Assembly: GCA_030447275.1 (NCBI GenBank)
Contig: JAUJPF010000001.1
Location: 90,999 to 154,998 of the forward strand
DNA: 64,000 nucleotides
DNA from: Solirubrobacteraceae bacterium
Lineage (GTDB): Bacteria; Actinomycetota; Thermoleophilia; Solirubrobacterales; Solirubrobacteraceae
Direction: 5' to 3'
Part shown: in pieces, positions 58,244-64,000 of the stretch
Position numbering within the stretch: the stretch's first letter is position 1
Layout: each line of letters starts with the position of its first letter
Made by a program: the position numbers and the translations under genes
Notes under the pieces: generated by a model
Told to the model about the DNA's origin: nothing
The model's input: only the letters and a program-made list of their open reading frames with translations
The model's database searches: none

Positions 58244-58897
58244 TCAACGGGAGGTTGAGCCTTCGCGGATGTAGAGCGCCGTCGCCCAGATCGAGAGGAT
58301 GATCCCGATGTAGAGCAGCACCTCGGCGAAGTCCTCGACGCCGACGAGGGCGAAGAAGATCGCCGACAGCACCGGCCACACCGCGGCGCGCCCCGGCCAG
58401 TTGACGGTGAGGTCGATGCCGTGGCGCAGCGCCCACTGGCCGTAGGCGAGCTGCACGACCTCGCGCAGCGCCAGCAGGGCGAGCGCCCACCGCGGCAGCG
58501 TCTCGAAGTGCCAGACGACGACGATGCCGGCGAGCACGAGTGCGCGGTCGATGACGGGGTCGAGCAGCGCGCCGAGCTTCGAGTACTGGCCGGTGACGCG
58601 GGCGGCGATGCCGTCGGCGTAGTCGCCCCACCCGACGACGGCGAAGAGGATCGCCGGCAGCACGTCGGTCCCGTCGTCGCTCGTCAGCGCGAGGACGAGG
58701 AAGGCCGGGATCAGCGCCAGGCGCGCGAACGAGATCGCGTTCGGGATCGTCCACGGGCGCCACGGCGCGTCGCGCGTGGTCTCGGGCGGCGGCGGGCCGG
58801 AGCGGTCGAGCCCGGACAGCCGCCGGAACGTCAGCCGCGCTCGCTCTCCGGCGATCGCGGCCGCGTCCTGCGCGCGCTCTACGGGAGTCCGCGCCAT
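58244..58897 (-). CDS. pgsA: CDP-alcohol phosphatidyltransferase (PgsA-like)
   Basis: DYADGIAARVTGQYSKLGALLDPVIDR signature. ATG 58897 overlaps the proS 3' end by 19 nt. Confidence 0.8.
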   Translation of the reverse strand: MARTPVERAQDAAAIAGERARLTFRRLSGLDRSGPPPPETTRDAPWRPWTIPNAISFARLALIPAFLVLALTSDDGTDVLPAILFAVVGWGDYADGIAARVTGQYSKLGALLDPVIDRALVLAGIVVVWHFETLPRWALALLALREVVQLAYGQWALRHGIDLTVNWPGRAAVWPVLSAIFFALVGVEDFAEVLLYIGIILSIWATALYIREGSTSR

Positions 58898-60525
58898 CGC
58901 TCGCGCACCGCTTCGACGGGGCCGTCGAGCGGGACCGGGTCGAGGTCCGCGCGGCCGCGCCGGGCGACGGCCTCCGCCGCGCCGGACTCCAGCGAGCGCT
59001 TCCCGACGGTCAGTCGCAGCGGGCAGCCGAGCAGCTCGGCGTCGGCGAACTTCTCCCCCGCGCCCGCCGCGCGGTCGTCGAGCAGCACGTCGAGGCCGAC
59101 GGCCTGAAGCTCGCCGTAGAGGGACTCCGCCGCGCGCGCCTCGTCGCTGTTCGGCTTGCCGAGCGCGACGACCTCGACGTCGTACGGCGCGATCGCCTTC
59201 GGCCACGCGATGCCCTGCTCGTCGTGGAACTGCTCCACCGCGGCGGCGGCGATGCGCGCCGGGCCGATCCCGTACGAACCCATCCAGACGGGCTGCTCCT
59301 TGCCGTTCTCGTCGAGGAACGTCGCGCCGAGCGGCTCGGAGTACCGCGTGTTGAGCTTGAAGATGTTGCCGACCTCGATCGCCGGCTCGACCGTGATCGC
59401 CGCGCCGTTGACCGTGTCGCCCGCCACCACCGTCCGCACGTCGAGCGTCTCGCCCTGCACGCTGCGGACCTCGTGCCAGTCGGCCCGGTTGGCCCCCACG
59501 AGCCACGGGCCCTCCCCCACCGCGGCGTCGTAGACCGTCCGCACGTCGTCGCTCGGCCCGAGGAACCCGGCGGGGCGCCCGATCTCGTCCTCGCGCGCGG
59601 GCCGGTAGCCGGTCTTCAGCGCGTTGCGCAGCTTGAACTCGTTGACGCGGTGGTCGCCGCGGACGAACACGTCGACGCGCTCGCCGCCCTCGAGCACGAC
59701 CGGGAACGCCTTGAGGAGCCGGCCCTGCGGCACCCCGAGGGCGCCGGCGACCGCGTCGATGGTCGTCAGGCCCGGCGTGTGGTGCTCGCCGTCGAGGTCG
59801 AGCGGGCCGGGGTCCTGTGCGTCGGCGCTCGCGATCTCGACGTTGGCCGCGTAGCCCGGCGCCAGCGCGACGTCGTTCTCGCCCGCCGCGCACGGCGCCA
59901 TGAACTCGTGCGCCATCGACCCGCCCATCATGCCGACGTCCGCCTCGACGCTGTACCACTCGAGCCCGCAGCGCTCGAGGATGCGCGCGTAGGCCTCGGC
60001 GTGGAGGTCGTAGCCGGCCTGGAGCCCCTCGGCGTCGCGGTCGAACGTGTACGAGTCCTTCATGATGAACTCGCGCGTACGGAGCACGCCGGCGCGCGGC
60101 CGCGGCTCGTCGCGCTCCTTGACCTGGAAGTGGTAGAGGATCTTGGGGAGGTCGCGGTACGAGCGGATCGCGCCCGAGACGTGCAGCGTCACGACCTCCT
60201 CGTGGGTCATCGCGAGGACGTGCTCGGCCCCCTTGCGGTCGTTCAAGCGGAACTGCTCCGGGAAGCCGTAGCGCCCGCTCTTCTTCCAGAGCTCCGCCGG
60301 CTGCATGACCGGCATGAGCATCTCCTGGCCGCCGATCGCGTCGATCTCCTCGCGGATGATCTGCACCACCTTCTCGTGCACGCGCCAGCCCGCCGGCAGC
60401 CACGACCACAGCCCGGCGCCGACCTGGCGCACCAGCCCCGCACGGACCATCAGCTTGTGCGAGAGCGCCTCGGCGTCGGCCGGCGCCTCGCGCTCGGTGG
60501 GCAGGAACAGTCGGCTCAGGCGCAT
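58879..60525 (-). CDS. proS: Proline--tRNA ligase (bacterial type with editing domain)
   Basis: MRLSRLFLPTEREAPADAE..SHKLMVRAG, FRDE-like KERDEPRPRAGVLRTREFIMKD and GSYGIG. The probable start is ATG 60525. Confidence 0.95.
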   Translation of the reverse strand: MRLSRLFLPTEREAPADAEALSHKLMVRAGLVRQVGAGLWSWLPAGWRVHEKVVQIIREEIDAIGGQEMLMPVMQPAELWKKSGRYGFPEQFRLNDRKGAEHVLAMTHEEVVTLHVSGAIRSYRDLPKILYHFQVKERDEPRPRAGVLRTREFIMKDSYTFDRDAEGLQAGYDLHAEAYARILERCGLEWYSVEADVGMMGGSMAHEFMAPCAAGENDVALAPGYAANVEIASADAQDPGPLDLDGEHHTPGLTTIDAVAGALGVPQGRLLKAFPVVLEGGERVDVFVRGDHRVNEFKLRNALKTGYRPAREDEIGRPAGFLGPSDDVRTVYDAAVGEGPWLVGANRADWHEVRSVQGETLDVRTVVAGDTVNGAAITVEPAIEVGNIFKLNTRYSEPLGATFLDENGKEQPVWMGSYGIGPARIAAAAVEQFHDEQGIAWPKAIAPYDVEVVALGKPNSDEARAAESLYGELQAVGLDVLLDDRAAGAGEKFADAELLGCPLRLTVGKRSLESGAAEAVARRGRADLDPVPLDGPVEAVRERWRGLP

Positions 60526-60582
60526 CGCCGCAAGCGTATGGGAGCGCAACTCCGTCCGGCACCGTGAGTTCTCTTGCAGGCG

Positions 60583-61995
60583 ATGACGCTCCGTGCCCTC
60601 ATGCTCGCCCTGACCCTCGCGCTCGCGGCCGCCGCGCGGCGGCCGCGTCGAAGTCGATGGAGATCGGCGTGGCCGACGACCGGCTCCTGCTCGGCACCGA
60701 GCAGTCGGCGGCGCGCGCGATCTCCGACTGGCGCGCAGCGGGCGTCGACACCGTCCGCATCCTCGCCCGCTGGGGCGTCTATGCCCCGTCGCCGGAGTCG
60801 CGTACGGCCCCGGACGGGTTCGACGGCGCCAACCACGCCGACCCGCGCTACGACTGGTCCGCTCTCGACCGCGCCGTGGGCATGGTCGACGGCGCCGGGA
60901 TGCGCGTGATGCTCAGCGTCAGCGGCTGGGGCCCCGTGTGGGGCAGCGAGTACCCGGTCAAGGACAACCCGCGCTTCAAGCCCTCCCCAAGAAGTTCGCG
61001 GCGTTCGCCAACGCCGTCGCCACCCGCTACGGCGGCATGGTCGACCGCTACATCGTCTGGAACGAGCCGAACACGACGCTGTGGCTCCAGCCCCAGTCGC
61101 AGTGCGTCAAGCGCAGGTGCTCGCCGTACTCGCCGCACCACTACCGGCGGATCGTCCGCGCCGCCGACCCGGCGATCAAGCGCGCCGATCCTGGCGCGAA
61201 GCTGCTCGTCGGCTCGCTCGCCCCGCGGGGAACGTCGGGCACGTCGCCGAACGGCGCCATCCGGCCGCTGCTCTTCCTGCGCGAGCTGGGCTGTGTCAAC
61301 GCGAAGTTCAAGAAGACGCGGCGCAGCTTCTGCGCGGCTTCAAGCGCGGCGCCGACGGCCTCGCGTACCACCCGCACGGCCTGAAGCTGGCGCCGAACCG
61401 CGCCGACACCGTGCGCGACCAGGCGCACCTCGCCGACCTCTCGCAGGTCACCTCGACGCTCGACCGCGTCGTGCGGGCCGGCGGCCTGCGCGCCCGCGGC
61501 ACCCGCAGGCTGCCGCTGTACCTCGACGAGTACGCGTACCAGACCAAGCCGCGCCCGATCGGGTGCTCGGCGTCTCCGCGTCGAGCAGGCGCGCTACATG
61601 GCGCAGTCGGCGTACCTGGCCTGGAAGCACCCGCGGGTGCGCAACCTGACGTGGTACGTCTGGGAGGACGAGCCCGACAACGCCGCATGCGGCGGCTGGC
61701 AGTCCGGCGTCAAGTACCTGAGCGGCGAGCTGAAGCCGGCGTTCGCGGTCTTCCGCGCCCGTTTCTGGGCCGCCGCGCGCGGCGCGGCGTCGCCCGCCTG
61801 TGGGGCCAGGTGCGCCCCGGCGGCGGCACGACCGTCACGATCGAGCGCAAGTCGGGCAGCGGCTGGAAGCGTGTCGCCGAGGAGCGCACGGACGGTCGCG
61901 GCGCCTTCCGCCGACTCGTCCGCATCTCCGGCACCACCACGTTCCGGTTCCGCTGGGACGGCGGAACGAGCGTGCGCCGCAGCGTCAAGCCGTAG
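60583..61995 (+). pseudogene. Secreted glycoside-hydrolase-like (TIM-barrel, IVWNEPN motif) protein broken by about 6 frameshifts
   Basis: The signal peptide is in frame 1. Protein-like segments then step through frames 0 (60648-60985), 2 (60986-61336), 1 (61336-61555), 0 (about 61549-61577), 2 (about 61577-61790) and 1 (to 61995). Every step is consistent with a 1-nt deletion. Confidence 0.7.
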
Positions 61996-62020
61996 CGCGT
62001 CGCGCGTGTAGGCTCGGCGC

Positions 62021-63079
62021 ATGCCGCTGGCCAGCCGGCAGGCATCACCGCCGAGGAGCTTCAGCTGGCCGCGCGCAACCACGGGATGCCGCTCGAGGCC
62101 CTGCGCCACGACGTGACGCCCGTCGGGCGCACTACCTCCTGATCCACTACGACATCCCGGTCGTCGACGCCCCCGCCTGGCGCCTGGCGGTCGGCGACGC
62201 CGAGCTGACGCTGGACGAGATCAGGGCACGCGAGGCGGTCACGCGGCCGGTGACCCTGGAGTGCGCCGGCAACGGGCGGGCCGCACTGGCGCCGCGGCCG
62301 GTCAGCCAGCCGTGGCTCCTCGAGGCGGTCGGCAACGCCGAGTGGACGGGCACGCCGCTCGCGCCGCTGCTCGTGGCGGCGGGCATCCCGGAGGAACGCG
62401 GGAGATGCTGTTCAGCGGCCTCGATCGGGGCGTCGAGGGCGGCGTCGAGCAGGCGTACGAGCGCTCGCTGCCGCTCGAACAGGCGCTCCGCGAGGACGTC
62501 CTGCTCGCCTACGGCCTGAACGGCGGGCCGCTTCCGCCGCAGCACGGATTCCCCCTGCGGCTCCTCGTCCCCGGCTCGTACGGCATGGCGAGCGTCAAGT
62601 GGCTCTCGCGGATCACGTTCCTCCGCGAGCCGCACACCGGGTACCAGAACGCCACGGCGTACCGGATGCGCAGCGACGAGGACGACCCCGGAATCCCGGT
62701 CGGTCCGATCGAGCCGCGCGCGCTGATGGCCCCGCCCGGAGTGCCCGACTTCATGACCCGGCGGCGCTTCGCGCCCGCCGGCCGGATCACGCTCCACGGG
62801 CGGGCGTGGTCCGGCCACGGAGCGATCGAGCGTGTCGAGGTCAGCGCCGACGGCGGCGCGACCTGGCGCGCAGCCCATCTCGGCGCCGAGCACGGCTGGC
62901 GGGCGTGGTCGCTCGACTGGGAAGCCGAGCCCGGCGAGCACGTGCTCTGTAGCCGCGCGTTCGACAGCACCAGTCGCGGACAGCCCGACCTGCCGCCGTG
63001 GAACCTCGGCGGCTACGCCAACAACGCGGTTCAGCGCGTGGCGGTCACCGTCGGCGCGCCGGGCGCTCCCTCGGACTGA
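62021..63079 (+). pseudogene. Molybdopterin-dependent (sulfite-oxidase/YedY-fold) oxidoreductase broken by about 3 frameshifts
   Basis: MPLASRQ | GITAEELQLAARNHGMPLEALRHDVTPVG | HYLLIHYDIP...TLECAGNGR... | EMLFSGLDRG...GFPLRLLVPGSYGMASVKWL... ; the frame steps lie near 62038, 62128 and 62398. Confidence 0.7.
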
Positions 63080-63108
63080 CGCGCCCGGCGGGAGCGAACC
63101 GGCGCGTC
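63078..63108 (+). terminator. GC-rich hairpin overlapping the stop codon of the Moco-oxidoreductase pseudogene
   Basis: GACGCGCCCGG-loop-CCGGCGCGTC forms a 10-bp stem with one bulged C. Confidence 0.35.
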
Positions 63109-63179
63109 CCGTCGCCGCTGCGCCTAAGGTTCAGTCAATCGCCCGTCCCGGCCAAGGCAGCATCGGAGGAGTCCCACTC

Positions 63180-64000
63180 GTGAAGCGCTCGCTCGTCGTC
63201 GTCACCGGGGCCCTGCTCGGGCTCCTCGCACTCCTGCCCGGGGCCGGTTGGGCCAGCCACAACGCGGACGTCCACACGCCGAACATGTCGCTGCTCGCGA
63301 ACTTCGACGACGGCGGGAAGGCGCTCGACGGGTCGGACCTCGCCTTCTGGGGCTCGACCGCCGTGCTCCCGAACTACAACTCCCTGCGCCTCGTCGACAT
63401 CTCGGACCCGTTCGCTCCGCGGGAGCTCGGCGAGCTCGCCTGCCCTGGAGCGCAGGCCGACGTGACGGTGTGGAAGGACCTCGTCTTCATGTCGGTGGAC
63501 TCACCGCGCAGCGGGCCGCAATGTGGCGCCGGCGGCGCCCCGCTCGCCCAGCAGGAGCAGGGCACAGACTGGGAGGGGATCCGGATCATCTCGATCGCCG
63601 ACCCGAGCAAGCCCGAGCAGATCCACACCGTTCGCACCGGCTGCGGCTCGCACACGAACACGCTCGTTCCCGACGAGGCCAACGGCCGCCTGCTCATCTA
63701 CGTGAACTCCTATCCGACCGTCGGCATCCGCAGCCCGACCTGCAACGACGCCACGCACGAGCAGCTCTCCGTCATCGAGGTCCCGCTCGCCGATCCGCGT
63801 GCCGCGAAGGTCGTCTCGACGCCGAAGATCACGGCCGGGCCGAACTCGCCGTCCAACGGCTGCCACGACGTGACGGTCTTCCTCCCGAAGAAGATCGCGG
63901 CGGCCGCGTGCCTGCAGGAGACCCAGGTCTGGGACATCGCCGATCCGGTCAACCCCAAGGTCCTCACCACCTTCAAGAACCCGCAGATCCAGTTCGACCA
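63180..64000 (+). CDS. Secreted LVIVD-repeat beta-propeller protein; 3' end lies outside the window
   Basis: The GTG follows GGAGGAG. Signal peptide KRSLVVVTGALLGLLALLPGAGWA. Repeats LRLVDISDP, IRIISIADPSKP and QVWDIADPVNP. The frame stays open to the window end, so it is absent from the ORF track. Confidence 0.8.
   Translation, partial: MKRSLVVVTGALLGLLALLPGAGWASHNADVHTPNMSLLANFDDGGKALDGSDLAFWGSTAVLPNYNSLRLVDISDPFAPRELGELACPGAQADVTVWKDLVFMSVDSPRSGPQCGAGGAPLAQQEQGTDWEGIRIISIADPSKPEQIHTVRTGCGSHTNTLVPDEANGRLLIYVNSYPTVGIRSPTCNDATHEQLSVIEVPLADPRAAKVVSTPKITAGPNSPSNGCHDVTVFLPKKIAAAACLQETQVWDIADPVNPKVLTTFKNPQIQFD

Noticed and set aside
58898-60562. N-terminal 555 aa of the 772-aa ORF 58244..60562
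   Set aside because: This part is out of frame over proS. Only the last 217 aa (the CDP-alcohol phosphatidyltransferase) are real.

Overview
High-GC Actinomycetota-type chromosomal segment. GC was judged by eye, not computed. Gene content (single-motif RsiG-like protein, LVIVD propeller, WS/DGAT, F420-type nitroreductase, YCII+sigma operon) suggests a Thermoleophilia-like organism (Conexibacter/Solirubrobacter); this is inference only. I support about 75 protein-coding genes, most in short operons with ATGA/GTGA start-stop overlaps. They include proS, pgsA-like, an RsiG-like/FHA/MerR cell-division cluster, apt, nadE, dinB, csp, a Ser/Thr kinase, a degenerate-GGDEF/EAL protein, two ECF-type sigma factors, and many small-enzyme families (VOC, SnoaL, SRPBCC, alpha/beta hydrolases, methyltransferases). 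I recognised no rRNA, tRNA, CRISPR array, transposase or integrase. The many long Arg/Ala/Pro-rich ORFs in the six-frame track are GC artefacts. Main observations: (1) A compositionally atypical island at about 20.84-23.69 kb. It holds an orphan HTH+DUF433 antitoxin-type protein convergent with a 446-aa protein that has an N-terminal PD-(D/E)xK (NucS/RecB-like) nuclease core and an unassignable C-terminal half. A shattered divergent ORF lies beside it, and an oxidoreductase gene remnant lies at 24.75-24.88 kb. This is the best candidate for an undescribed defence/TA-like module, but it is partly decayed. (2) A clear c-di-AMP (ydaO-type) riboswitch upstream of a secreted RlpA/DPBB wall hydrolase. 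(3) A high density of disrupted accessory genes: a UvrA paralogue, a TolB-like propeller, an MFS transporter fused to a VapB stub, a glycosidase-like gene with about 6 frameshifts, a Moco oxidoreductase with about 3, and an internally deleted methyltransferase. Core genes are intact. (4) Two unexplained non-coding regions: an inverted plus direct repeat element at 8.84-8.95 kb and a roughly 540-bp hairpin-rich gap at 33.66-34.19 kb.
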